DNA of 64,000 nucleotides from Hemiscyllium ocellatum. Taxonomy: Eukaryota. A program made the position numbers and the translations under genes. The notes below the pieces were generated by a model, which was given only the letters and a program-made list of their open reading frames with translations, was not told the origin of the DNA and did not search any database. Location of the stretch: assembly GCF_020745735.1 (NCBI RefSeq), contig NC_083411.1, positions 34,927,263 through 34,991,262 on the forward strand, read 5' to 3'. Shown piece after piece: positions 46,928 through 59,887 of the stretch. Each line of letters starts with the position of its first letter. Position 1 is the stretch's first letter.

Positions 46928-47641
46928 AAGCTGAAAAATATGTTGCTGGAAAAGCACAGCAGGTCAGCCAGCATCCAAGGAGCAGGAGAACAGCACCTCA
47001 TCTTCTGCCTAGGAACACTCCAACCACAAGGGATGAATGCAGATTTCTCCAGCTTCCTCATTTCCCCTCCCCCCACCTTATCTCAGTCCCAACCCTCGGA
47101 CTCGGCACCGCCTTCTTGACCTGCAATCTTCTTCCTGACCTCTCCGTCCCCACCCCCCCTCCGGCTTATCACCCTCACCTTAACCTCCTTCCACCTATCG
47201 CATTCCCAACCCCCCTCCCCCAAGTCCCTCCTACCTACCTTTTATCTACTGTGAATCCTCTTGCAAGGATGCCTTCCTTGAAGAAGCTCTCTTCCTACCT
47301 CTACAAGGATTTCAGTGAGTCACTCTCTCACTGCACCCCCCAGGTCATTTCCTCTGCACAGAAGCTCTTCAGCCACGTTAAGATTCCTGATGAAGGGCTT
47401 ATGCCCGAAACGGCGAATTTCCTGTTCCTTGGATGCTGCCTGACCTGCTGCGCTTTTCCAGCAACACATTTTCAGCTACCTTTTATCTTAGCCTGCTTGG
47501 CACACTCTCCTCATTCCTGAAGAAAGGTTTTTGCCCGAAACGTCGAATCTCCTGCTCCTTGGATGCTGCCTGACCTGCTGCGCTTTTCTAGCAGCACATT
47601 TTTCAGCTCTGATCTCCAGCATCTGCAGTCCTCACTTTCTC
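46928..47641 (+). mobile_element. Young PLE fragment with inverted 5' piece and tandem terminal repeats; ~15-bp TSD
   Basis: 46928-46990 inverted repeat end; GIY-YIG C-terminus; two repeat copies; flanks CATATTGAAG(G/T)GTCA at 46913-46927 / 47642-47656. Confidence 0.85.
47381..47550 (+). ncRNA. Tandem type I hammerhead ribozyme motifs (family A)
   Basis: AGATTC-CTGATGA-A-GGGCTTATGCCC-GAAACG (47381-47412) and ATTC-CTGAAGA...GAAAC-GTC-GAATCT (47513-47550). Confidence 0.75.
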
Positions 47642-48382
47642 CATATTGAAGTGTCAGGCAACCAGAAGCTCAGGATCATTTTTGCAGACAGAATGTAGGT
47701 GTACAACAAAGTGGCAACCAGTCTGTGTTCATTTCCCCAATGCAGAGGCGACCACACTGTGAACAGCAAATACAGTAGATTAGATTGAGTGAAATGCAGG
47801 TAAATCGCTGCTTCACGTGGATAATATGTCTGAGGTGTTGGATAGTCAGGAGGGCTGAAGTAATTGGGCATGTACCACAGCTCCCTAATGTGATTGAAAG
47901 GCTATCCCAAACAAATGCACTGGGTTCCCAAATTCAGAGGCAGTTGTTCATTTAATTGGCCAGTGGTCTCCACAAAATGCGCTTGTCTGAACATCGGCTG
48001 AATATTCTTGGTCCAATATTTCAAACAAGAAAAATGTTGACATGGTTGAAATAAAATGTTGATTTTTAAAACTTTTTACTTGATATCTTTGCATTACTGT
48101 AACACAAGCTCTAGATGGTCATTAGAGCATTTGTCTGTTTACTATTTTGTGCAATGATAAAATTGTGAATCTAGAAACAGCAGACCAGTTCGATCTGGAC
48201 TGTTCTGCTCTTTCAGTACAGTGTTAATGGTGGATTCCTATTGGGAATAATATGGGATGGTAAAAGCACAGTCACTGCATAGGTTGAAGCATTTCTCTGA
48301 TGCTGAATGAAATCGGAGTATCAAAATCATACTGCCTACATGCTACCTGTAGCAACTGCAACAAAGCACACACGTCTGTTTT

Positions 48383-48705
48383 TTAGATTAGATTAGATTA
48401 CTTACAGTGTGGAAACAGGCCCTTCGGCCCAACAAGTCCACACCGACCCGCCGAAGCGCACCCACCCAGACCCATTCCCCTACATTTACCCCTGCACCTA
48501 ACACTACGGGCAACTTAGCACGGCCAATTCACCTAACCTGCACATTTTTGGACTGTGGGAGGAAACCGGAGCACCCGGAGGAAACCCCCGCAGACACAGG
48601 GAGAATGTGCAAACTCCACACAGTCAGTTGCCTGAGGTGGGAATTGAACCCAGGTCTCTGGTGCTGTGAGGCAGCAGTGCTAACCACTGTGCCACCGTGC
48701 CACCC
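48383..48705 (-). mobile_element. HE1-type V-SINE
   Basis: Reverse complement of the 18356 copy, with (TTAGA)n tail. Confidence 0.93.
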
Positions 48706-50019
48706 TACATTTTAGTCTGGTGTATTAACAATATGCAAACAACACTGTTTCATTCGATTTTAATTCAAATAAATCTGGATTGCAAAATAGGATGTATAAA
48801 ATTCACACTGAGACCTGATTTAGATGTTAATACATTTCTCTTGATGCTAATTTTAATGCCAGGGTGCCAGGTGCATGAGCATGCAATGATTGTTTCAATT
48901 TTTAGATTCAGAGTTTTTATTCCAGCATGCACAGCCTTCATTCATGTCACAGTGTGAGACAAAACCAGCAGATTTTGGGAGTTGTTTTGCTGCAAGACAC
49001 AATTACATTAATTTTCTTCTGAAGTGGCTATATTCACTGTTGTACCCATAGCAGCAAGGAATTTGTGTTCTATGCAAAAATATAACATGGTATGAAGGAG
49101 ACCCATGAGCAATCGCACAAATACAGGCATGCACAAGTATCACTGGGTCCTTCCAAACACAATTTTTAAGCATGAGAGAAAGAAGAAACATAAATCAAAT
49201 AATTTTGAATGGCTGAGAAAAATGCCAAACATAAATTGAATAACACCTCAGCACTAGAAGAAACAAGTTGATTTTTAAATTTCTTCATGGAATGTAGCCT
49301 CACTGCCAATTTCTAACTGCCCTTGAGAGTTTAGTTGTAATCCACCTTCTTAAGTTACTACTCTGTAACCCCACAGTCCTTTTAGGTAACGTAGCGATGA
49401 TGAAGGAATGGTTGATATGCATTTTGCCTCGAACGGGACATATTATGTGATGCGGCAATGCCAATGTTATTCATCGTAACATAAGAATTAGAAATTGATA
49501 ACATAGTATTGAGCGATTCAACAAATATTTGTAACTTCTCAATAAGTAATACTTTCGGGGGCACTTTAATGTCTGATCTAACATTAAACAACTGATTGTG
49601 AACCAGATGCTTCTATCAGTGTGTCATTTTTCAAGTTGGGCCCCAATTAAGATCAGATCACATACTATGCCACATTGATGATATCATGAACAAATCTCTT
49701 AAATTTATACTTACATATTGTAACTCTTAAAGATATACTGTATTTAAGACATAACAGAGCAGTGATGATATGTTTCCAAGTAAGGACGATTTGCATCTTG
49801 GAAAAGAATTTGCAGGTTGTGGTGTTGCCTCATACCTGATGTTCTTAAATTTATGAGTTGTTGTTGAAGAAGAATTTGTAAGTTTCTGTAGTTCAATTGT
49901 AGATGGTACACATTATAGCCAATGTGTTAAAGTCAGTGACTATTTGTGTTAATGAATTAACTGGCTGTGTTAATGGATCTTTCAGGTATTTTTGGCATTG
50001 TTGCTCAAGAAAAAGAGCC

Positions 50020-50440
50020 TAAGAATCGGGAAGCATTGCTGAAATTGTACAAGACATTAGTGAGACTGCATCTGGAGTACTGCAAACAATTTGGAAGCAG
50101 GATGTCGCTGTAATGGAGGAAATTCTTATGAAGTTCACTAGATTGATGACAGAGATGAGGGGTCTTTCTTATGAAGACAGATTGAGTGGTTTAGGGTGAT
50201 ACCGTCTGCAATTTGAAAGTCTGAGAGGAGATCTAATTGAGGTATCTAAGATGCTGAAGGGGATTGACAAAATATGTATAGAAGGGATGTTTCCTCATAT
50301 GGGGTAATATAGAACAAGAGATCATAGCTTTATGATAAGGAGTAACAGACTTAAAACAAAAATCAGGAGATATTACTAACCTATTATGGTGGCTGCAGGG
50401 AAATTGAATAAATTTAAGGTGGATAATGACTTGAATAGTA
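50020..50440 (+). mobile_element. CR1 3' fragment, decayed
   Basis: LKLYKTLVRLHLEYC; GDLIEVSKML. Confidence 0.7.
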
Positions 50441-53304
50441 ATGAATGGACACAACTGATTTGTCAGGCTAGTTAAACCTTTTGTATGGCCATGCACATAC
50501 ACTATTATAAAAAAAAGCTATTTAGTCTATTAACCACATTGAAATTTCAGAGCTGACTCATGACCACACAGTTTTGAAGCAACATTGCAACCTCTCCAAG
50601 AATGTAGAAGGATATTGATGCAAGTGACAGCTGGACTAAGATCAGTTTCATAACCACGACATGCAAATATACTGTTGAAAAAGCCTCAAACATGATTAAT
50701 TGACATTTGAGAAAGGTGAGGAGGAAGGACAATTGTATCACAACTGTATCTTGTCTCAGGGATGAATGGATCCAAATCTCACATCACATTTTAGAATCAT
50801 CTGTTGACTTTCCTGGCTGACTGGAGCACAGTATAGAACAGACTTTACATTAATAATGGTGCCACTTTTCAGATGGAATAACAAGTAAGAGCCAGTTTGA
50901 CAAGTCAGGATAGATATTAGAAGTCCCTTCAGCCTTATTTTTTAATAAAAAGCTCAGAATGTCTTAGTCCCATACACTACCTGAAATAAAATTTATTTTA
51001 TCTTGTTACAAGATAGCTGTAACTAACTAATACTGTAACTGATCTATTTGGATATTTGCCTACATATCAATTCCCATTGCATTTAAACTTATTGTCTATG
51101 AAATGCTTTGAGATATTTCAGAAAAACGTCATTCTTTCTTTAATACTGAGCCAAGCCTGAAAGCTAATACTTTGTTCAACTCACTTGTAAAAAGCTTTTA
51201 CCAACTAAGCTAATGTAGAAACAAAGCATGGTATACAGGTTATTAAAAGTTCAAACTGGACTAAGATTTTTTTTCAAATAAAGCATTGGACAGATTGATG
51301 CCATTGTCTTTTGTTTCCCAGTAACATTCAAATTGCTAGTCACCAACTCTCGTTTTCTGGTAACTGACTGAGACAGCACGATAATCTTCACAACGTTGAT
51401 ATTATATGAACCCAAGACTAGCTTACAACCATATATATGCATCTTTATCGAAAATGTCCATTTCCACCTCAGTAATATTATGCACCTCCATTTCTTTCTC
51501 AGCTCAGCAGATGCTGAAGCTTTAATCATGCCTTTAACTACTCCAATACATTCCCTGGCCCTCTCTGTAAAATTATGGTAGTCAAAAATTCTGTTTTTCT
51601 TACTTTTATTCACCTTCCCTGTCCACTGCTTTCATTGTCTCCTGGTTAGACTATGTTTAATTTTTTTTTAAAAAACTCTCATCCTTTATCAAATCCTCCC
51701 TTTAGCTCACCCCTCCCTTTTTCTGCCATCTCTCAAACTCCATAGCTTTTAGAGATATTTGTAGACATCCAACATTGGGTCTTGAGCATTGCAACATTAA
51801 TTGTTGTATTGGCAGTCATGTCTTTAGCTGCCTCTACTCTAAGGGTTCAAATTCTTTACTTAAGCCTTTCTTATTTTAGGAATCTCTGTGCTTCTCTGAA
51901 ATTTTCATTAAAATCTACTTCTTCAGTTCAAGTTTTAGCTGATCTGAAAAAATATTTTCTTTTGTGACCTGGTTTCAAGCTTTGTATTAATAACTTTCTC
52001 TGTTATATAGAAAAGTGTTATTCTGTTAAAGTTGATAAATACATATTGGCTGTTATTGTGTTCCTGTGAGCAAATCAGATTGCTGTCAACATGGGTCTGG
52101 ATACTTTTTTGGAAGAGGCTTCCAGGACTTCACAGCATCATCTATGGACTTACTTCCTAAAGACGAGCTGCAAATATGGCCTGCAGCTGAGACCCTTTAG
52201 CACTATTTTCTTGGCTCCTCTTAACAGCACATATTCTGAAGGCAACAGATTGAGATTGGTACACCAAAAAAAGGCACAAACATCAAAGTTGGTAAAGAGA
52301 ATTACAGCAACATCCAAGAGAAATAATCTGACAACAGACCTGTAAGTAGTCAATGATCGAATTAAAAACACAATAGAGATTGGATAGGGGAGAGGAAGCT
52401 ACATGCCTTTGATCATTTATTCATAAATATGCAGCTTTGGGAGTTGAAGAGAGGATGCAGATTGGAGTGTTGCACTCAAATGTAGCAGCACTGGTATCAA
52501 ATCAACACTGCAAACTGAATAATTTCATGACACAGTGCGCTGTGTATTTCTAGAGGATGTTATATGCAATCACACCAACACCTTTTCTAATATGACGTCA
52601 GTCACACTTCATGCCAGGAGGATTGAATGCTATGGATACTGTTTTATCTTAATGAGTCTTTAAGCAACTAAGAAAGAATGTTACTGAAACTCAATGCTGT
52701 TCTGCTAAGGTTTTTAATTTTTAATTGAAGCTGATAAAAATTACAATACATTTATCATTAGTGATAGAGAAAATGATCTGTTCCAGTTTCTATAAAAATC
52801 CCCAACACCATTAATGTTCCAAGAATATTATTTTATAATTGAAAAATTAAGGTCTGTGACTAACTACTATGTTATATTTTTATAATTACATTTCCTGCTC
52901 TATGCAGTTGCACCTGAACAGCATACATTATAAATCAAGTTGCCCATTCTTGTAAGAAAGTGAATTTGAAGTGAATATTCAACTGAGGAATCAAACAGAC
53001 TCGATTTCATGACTTCTTTTAATTGAAAATTCAAAATGAAGATCCAAGATTGTAAATTGTAAGAGCTGAGGTATATCAGTCAGTAAAGTTTCAGCAATGC
53101 GAAGACTCGACCTTAAATATATTAAGTTTAAAGGATGAAGAAATTAAATTAGAGGAATTAAATAAGATGTTCCATGAATTTTGACGTCCTGAAAAAGGAC
53201 ATTATTAGAATGAGCAACTGTTAATGTGTCTTGCCAAGAAAAAGTTTGCCCCGTGGGTTTGGGGATGGAAGACTATGTTCCTAAATATATTTGCACCTAC
53301 GAGG

Positions 53305-53601
53305 TTAGATTAGATTACTTACAGCGTGGAACCAGGCCTTTTGGCCCAACAAGTCCACACCGATCCTCCAAAGCGCAACCCACCTATTCCCCTACATTTA
53401 CCCCTTTACCTAACACTACGGGCAATTTAGCATGGCCAATTGACCTCACCTGCATATCTTTGGACTGTGGGAGGAAACTGGAGCACACCCACGCAGACAC
53501 AGGGAGAGTGTGCAAACTCCACTCAGTCAGTCGCCTGAATCGGGAATTGAACCCAGGTCTCTGGCGCTGTGAGACAGCAGTGCTAAACACTGTGCCACTG
53601 T
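53305..53601 (-). mobile_element. HE1-type V-SINE
   Basis: As above, with a small internal deletion. Confidence 0.9.
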
Positions 53602-54482
53602 ATGGCAGGGAACAATGATCTATAATAGTACAATAGCATTGCAAAGAGAGCTGAAAGTATTGTGATGGAAAGAAACTGGAAATTAAAGGGAAAAAAGATA
53701 CATGCATTGCAGTCAGCTGACAATTCTATTCGAAGCAGGAGATTTAGCTTACAGATCCCCATTTTTCTAGAATAAATTCAGTGTCATACTTCTAAATTTT
53801 GCAATTGTTTCATTAAGACCAGTCTCAGATGATGTTTCCACAAGCTATCGCATTTTCTGATATGATATCCCAAATGGTGAAGTCTTCGGATGAGAACAAA
53901 TAAACTGTTTCTCCTTCATTATTCACTCATTGCCTCAATTGGTTGCAACTATGTTAATTTAGGAAGGATTCACTCCTTTGGAGATACCTTTCTCCCATGC
54001 CAAATGAATTTATGTTTTATAAGAAGCTAATTTAACTAGGCTGCCTTGACTTAACAAGTATGTTAGTTACAAAACATGAGAATAAATAACAATATAGCAT
54101 GCATATAGACAGGTTAGAAATGAGAATTGAGTCCAGAAAATTGATAAATATTAGAAGATATGTGGATTGATCTTAGTGCATCATTCATGAAGAATTGATG
54201 GTAAAACCTAACCGTTAAACAGTTGTTGTTGGGATTCTTGACATTGCAACTAATTCCAATCTTTGGGTCCTATTTCATGTTGACAGCGGCTAACTGGTTA
54301 CACTCATAGCAAGAGAGTTCTTCTGTTGCCCTGCTTACATTTGACTGGCTTGCTGGTTATATGGCTTTTAGCACTCAGTGCAAAATATTCTTTACCATAA
54401 AGCAGGGGTGGCAACAGCTTTCTTTGACTATGACCATCACAGCACACTAGCATTCCAATCCAAGGTACAACATATAAGTCCC

Positions 54483-56188
54483 ATAGACTCAGAGTAATCG
54501 AGATGTACAGCACGGAAACAGACCCTTCGGTCCAACTCGTCCATGCCAACCAGATATCCCAACCCATTCTAGTCCCACCTGCCAGCATCTGGCCCATATC
54601 CCTCCAAACCTTTCCTATTCATTTATCTATCCAGATGCCTTTTAAATGTTGCAATTGTACTAGCCTCCGCCACTTCTTCTGGCAGCTCATTCCACAAACA
54701 TACCACCCTCTAAGTGAAAAAGATGCCCCTTAGGTCTCTTTTACATTTTTCCCCTCTCACCCTAAACCTATGCCCTCTAGTTCTGGATTCCCCCACAACA
54801 GGGAAAAGACTTTGTCTATTTATCCTATGCATTCCCCTCATGATTTTATAAACCTCTATAACGTCATCCCTCAGCCTCCGATGGTCCAGGGAATACAGTC
54901 CCAGCCTATTCAACCTCTCCCTATAGCTCAAATCCACATACCCTGGCAAAATCCTTATAAATCTTTTCTGAACCCTTTCAATTTTCACAACAGCTTTCCA
55001 ATTGGAAAGAGACCAGAAGTGCATGCAGTATTCTAACAGTGGCCTAATCAATGTCCTGTACAGCCGCAACATGACTTCCCAACTCCTGTACTCAATACTC
55101 TGACCAATAAAAGAAAGCATACCAAACACCTTCTTCACTATCCTATCTACCTGTGACTTCACTTTCAAGGAGCTATGAACATGCACTCCAAGGTCTCTTT
55201 GTTGAGCAACACCCCCTAGGACTTTACCATTAAGTGTGTAAGTCCTGCTAAAATTTGCTTTTCCAAAATGCTGCTCCTCGCATTTATCTAAATTAAATTC
55301 ATCTGCCACTTCTCAACCATCTGATCAATATCCCACTGTAATCTGAGGTAATCTTTTTTGCTTTCCACTACACCTCCAATTTTGGTGTCATCAGCAAACT
55401 TACTAAATATACATCTTATGCTCGCCTCTAAATAATTTACATAAATGACAAAAAGTAATGGATCCAATACCGATTCTTGTGGCATTCCACTGGCCACAGG
55501 TTTCCAGTCTGAAAAACAACCCTCCAGCGCCACCCTCCGTCTTCTACCTTTGAACCAGTTTTGTATCCAAATGGCGAGTTCTCCTTGTATTCCATGCGAT
55601 CTAATCTTGCTAACCAGTCTCACACGGGAAACCTTGTCAAACTTCTTATTGAAGTCCATATAGATCATATCTACCATTCTGCCCTCATCAATCCTCTTTG
55701 TTACTTCATCAAAATACTCAATCAAATTTGTGAGACATGATTTCTCACGGATAAAGCCATGTTGACTATGCCTAATCAGTCCTTGCCTTTCCAAATGAAT
55801 GTACATCCTGTCCCTCAGGATTCCCTCTAACAACTTTCCCACCAGCGATGTCAGGCTCACTGGTCTCTCGTTCCCTGGCTTGTCCTTATCACCTTTCTTA
55901 AACATTGACACCATGCTAGTCAACGTCCAGTCTTCCGGCACCTCACCTGTGACTATCGATGATATCTCACTAAGAGGCCCAGCAAACACTTCTCCAGCTT
56001 CCCACAGAGTTCTAGGGTACACCTGATCAGGTCCTGGGGATTTATCCACTTTTATGCATTTCAAGACATCCAGTATTTCCTCCTCTGTAATATGGACATT
56101 TTTCAAGATGTCACCATCAATTTCCCTACATTCTATACCTTCCATGTCCTTTTCCACAGTAAATACTGATGCAAAAGTAAATACTGAT
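54483..56188 (-). mobile_element. CR1 LINE, 5'-truncated RT
   Basis: ORFs 55288-56211 (QHGF..SCLTNL, YMDF, KFADDTK) and 54710-55309; 3' UTR at 54483-54620. Confidence 0.95.
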
Positions 56189-56214
56189 ACCAATGGAATA
56201 GACAAGCACACCTT

Positions 56215-58088
56215 CCTCTACTAGCACATATAAACCAGGGTTGAACTGACTTTTGACACCTGTTGTGTATTCTTGAAAAGGAAATCATAAAATATAACTG
56301 TTCATTAGACTGCTGTCTTTTCTCCAATCTTGTTTACCACTGAGATAATCCCAGGAGTTTACAGTTCAGCTGGTAGTGCATTACTCCCTTTGAAGTTCAT
56401 CCCTTTGTTGCTTCCGACATATAGGCTGATATAGGATGACTCTGAAATTTCAAGGTCTTTCTCTCCATACAACCATTGAGCTTATATCAGTAGTCATCCT
56501 TTTGCTTCATGTCCTTTACTTTTTAAAAAATGGTCTAGATTAAAATTGGATTTGCCTTTAAATGATCTCAGGTTATGATCCATCATCATGACACCTCCCT
56601 TGCTGATCTGTTCTCTTTTCATTAAAAAGTATGAAAAGAACAAAATATATAAACCAGGAACATATTTGTACACACACTTTCATTACTTCAGCTTTGGACA
56701 AAAACATCTCATCAATTCTAACTAGATATCTCAAAGTTCTGTACAGAGCATTTGCAATCATATTGGATTTCCTGACAGTATGGGTGTTTTTCTATGGCTG
56801 AAAGAATAAAATACCAACAATCTTTTTTCTAAAAAAACAAAGAGTGTTCTGTGTCTTAAACAGATCCACAAAAGATTGTTGACAACACAACCTTCAGCCT
56901 CTCTTCTAATTTTAAACATTTATCTCAATGTATTTGAAGACCAGTAATGAACCACAACTGTGGACAACTGTTACTGATGTATTTGGAGAAGTCCCAAATT
57001 GGTCTCTCTATTTATTTATATTATTATAAGATATTATATATCTTCCTGAAAGCAAGAATTCCCTACCCTATGTCATTCCCAGTTGGATAAACAAGTAAAA
57101 CTTACAAATTATCAATAATGGTCCTACTTGTTTTATGTAACAGCGCTCCAGTATGTTCATTTCCAGGTATTAAATATATTTTTACTCATTTCTCACTCCA
57201 GATTCACATCAATTACTATTTTAAAGGTTTGGTTAAAATTTGGAGCTGCAAGCACATACTCATTTGTTAAACTCGTCAAAATCTGTCTGACATTTCTCAG
57301 TCTGTACTAGCTTTGCTTTTTCCTTCAGTAGCTGTGATAATGGTATAACTATGCTAAAATATTGGGCCAATGTTCAGTAGAACACACCATCCCTAGAATC
57401 TCATGATTTCCTATTTTGGTTTGGGGTTCGAGGACTATGCTACTGCTTACATCTTTGCAGCCCTGGGCAGCATTTGTTCTTGAATCATTACATGCCTTCG
57501 ATAATTCAGTACACTTAGGCCTTAGCAAACTCACTCTTTGTGTGATTGATCACTGGCAGCTGCTTGTATATTCTGGAAGAAGATTTACAATTGCTCTGAG
57601 CCTCAGTGCTCTTCACAAATAGATAAGCCTGTTTCTAAAACAAAAACAGAAAATGCTGGAGCAACTCAGTAGGTCTGATAATATCTGTAGAGAGATAAAC
57701 AGAGTTAATGTCTTGAGTCTGGTATGACTCTTCCTCAATTTTTAGTTCAGCACAGGGTTAAATTGGCTTTTAACCACTGTTCTTGTGAGCTTTTGAAGGT
57801 GGAAGATATAAAACATATTCCTTGCACAAACTACTATCTTTTCTCTTATCATGTTCATAATCTGAGATAACGACCAGGAGATAACATTTCAGTTTGGACT
57901 GCATTTCACCCCTTTAAAGCCCGTCCTTTCGATACATCCTTGACAACTAAACTGCTGGGACATTCCAGGGTTGCTTCCTTCAGAAAACCTCTGAATTTAC
58001 ATCTGCAGTCATCTTTTGGCTGTATGTTCTTTTAAAAAAACACAAGTTGTATGTCTATGATCTAGGGTCATGATCAGTCTTCATGGCA
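56215..58088 (-). mobile_element. Ancient, internally deleted Gypsy element (RT-RNase H end, PPT, two diverged LTR copies)
   Basis: Minus strand VINHTKSEFAKA, EIMRFLGM, LLKEKAKLVQTEKCQ, YVLAAPNFNQTFKIVID, KSNMIANALYR; aagggagg PPT then TGTCATGA at ~56593; homologous block at 57745-58088. Confidence 0.7.
57637..57738 (-). mobile_element. Family-B PLE terminal half-repeat with decayed hammerhead
   Basis: Minus strand TTGAGGA-A-GAGTC-ATACCA-GACTC-AAGAC-ATT-AACT; arm homologous to 42487-42560. Confidence 0.55.
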
Positions 58089-58159
58089 GATCTTCCACGT
58101 TCAATCTCTGACCGATGTCATGCCCCATGAGCCCAAGGAAAAACTGATGGACAACTAGT

Positions 58160-58454
58160 GGGCAGCATGGTGGCACAGTGGTTAGCACTGTTGCTTCACA
58201 GCAGCAGAGACCTGGATTCAATTCCGGCCTCAGGCAACTGTCTGTGTGGAATTTGTACATTCGCCCTGTGTCTGTGTGGGTTTCCTCCCACAGTCCAAAA
58301 ATGTGCAGGTTAGATGAATTGGCTACGCTAAATTGCCCATAAAGTTAGGTGAAGGAGTAAAGGTAGGAGAATGGGTCTGGGTGGGTTGCCCTTCGGAGGG
58401 TCGGTATGGACTTGTTGGGCCGAAGGGCCTGCTTCCACACGGTAAGTAATCTAA
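58160..58454 (+). mobile_element. HE1-type V-SINE
   Basis: A and B boxes, V core, LINE-like 3' end. Confidence 0.9.
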
Positions 58455-58489
58455 ACATGAGAGCCATCTAATTTCTCAACCGCCCCAAG

Positions 58490-59575
58490 AGATGAATTAA
58501 TTATAATAGAATGCCGCACACCTATGAACCTTTTTAACTTTGTCATCCTCCCCACTGGTCTGCTATAGATTTTCCAATAAGCAGCTGTTCCCAATCTATT
58601 TTGGTCAGGTTCGCCTTATTTTAATTAAATTTGCTTTGCCCCTGTCCAAAATGTTTTTTTTTGGCAAACCATTTTTTTTTCCTTTTCCATAACAAATTTG
58701 GACTGGACTGTGACAATGCTATCATTCTACAAAGGTTATTTTGTACTTGATTTTCTTGAAGAGAGGTTGTAAAGGTAGAGGTGCCAAAGAATCTAGGTTT
58801 TAAGAAGACATTGGGTTTTTTAAAAACAGTTTAACAGTAAAAAGGGGAGAGCCAGCTCTGGCTCTCTAGTTTTATTTTCAGCTGTAACAGTAACAAATGT
58901 GTGAGCCCAAAAAAGTTGAATGCTTCCGTAAAGGATTCCTCGGACTTTCTCTGAAGTCCCTCCCTGGATGTTGTTCCACCTTGCCTGTAATAATCTGTTT
59001 GAATTTACCTTTTTGCCAAGGGATGTGTTTATGGCATGTTACTGTATTGGAACAGTTGATTAGTAATAGATACTGTATCAGTCAGTTAAGTTTTCCAGTA
59101 AAGCTATTCTAAATTCCACTTGCTTTTGTTTGTGTTTCAACTATAGTGTTTAAATAATTTCTGTTTCGCTTAAAGCAGAGTGGTTTTGCAGTTGCATTAC
59201 ACCTGGAATATCCACTCCACATCTGCTTTTAAAATAAGAAAATGTTCATGTCTATGCTACCTTCTTGAAATATTTTGAGGGGGGTCTGGTCTGATCGATA
59301 ACAGTATTAAGCTGCGATCACTGCCACTAAAACAATCCCTCACTCCAACCTTGGCCATCTTTCCAGCTTCTTTCCCTAGAATTGGTTCCTACATTGTCTC
59401 ATTGAATTTTTTTATGTGTTGACATTAAAATCACTCTTGAAAACTTTCAAGAAATTCACCTCCACTACACACTTTTAACATCATAAATAATATTGGAGAA
59501 GTTGAAATTTATTGGTATAATTACCCTGTTATGATTAATTATTATTAATTTCATGCACCTTAGTAAATTATCTAC
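58490..59575 (-). mobile_element. Old CR1 endonuclease fragment interrupted by a probable solo LTR (58709-59303)
   Basis: Antisense VGVRDCFSGSDRSLI (about GEH..SDHN); insert tgtgacaat...atcgataaca. Confidence 0.45.
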
Positions 59576-59887
59576 ATATGTGCTCCCTCTTTATTCCGGA
59601 GCTGAGTTCTCAGATTTTTGTCTTTCACCAGTTCTATCTTTGTTAATTTTAACAGTGCTTTCATGGTTCTGATGCCCTTTTCAGCTTCAGGGATTCATTA
59701 AGGATCTAAGATGGAAATATCAACTGGAAATTCACTATTGGCTCATGTCTGTTGCATGTCTGAAATTTTTGCTATTGTCAGTGACGTAGTTGCATCTAAC
59801 TGAACTATAGAACATAGAACATAGAAGGATACAGCGCAGTACAGGCCCTTCGGCCCTCGATGTTGCGCCGACCGAGTCCTACCTAAC

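Larger units (their letters stand above)
45973..47880 (-). mobile_element. Old PLE (GIY-YIG and terminal repeat) hosting nested CR1 and young PLE
   Basis: Minus strand YCICCSQCGRLCIGE at ~47732-47780; family-B terminal repeat at 45973-46055. Confidence 0.65.

Noticed and set aside
56221-58088. Duplicated exons of a host gene (56221-56593 and 57745-58088)
   Set aside because: They flank Gypsy RT/RNase H, one follows a PPT and both start TG; they are better explained as LTRs.
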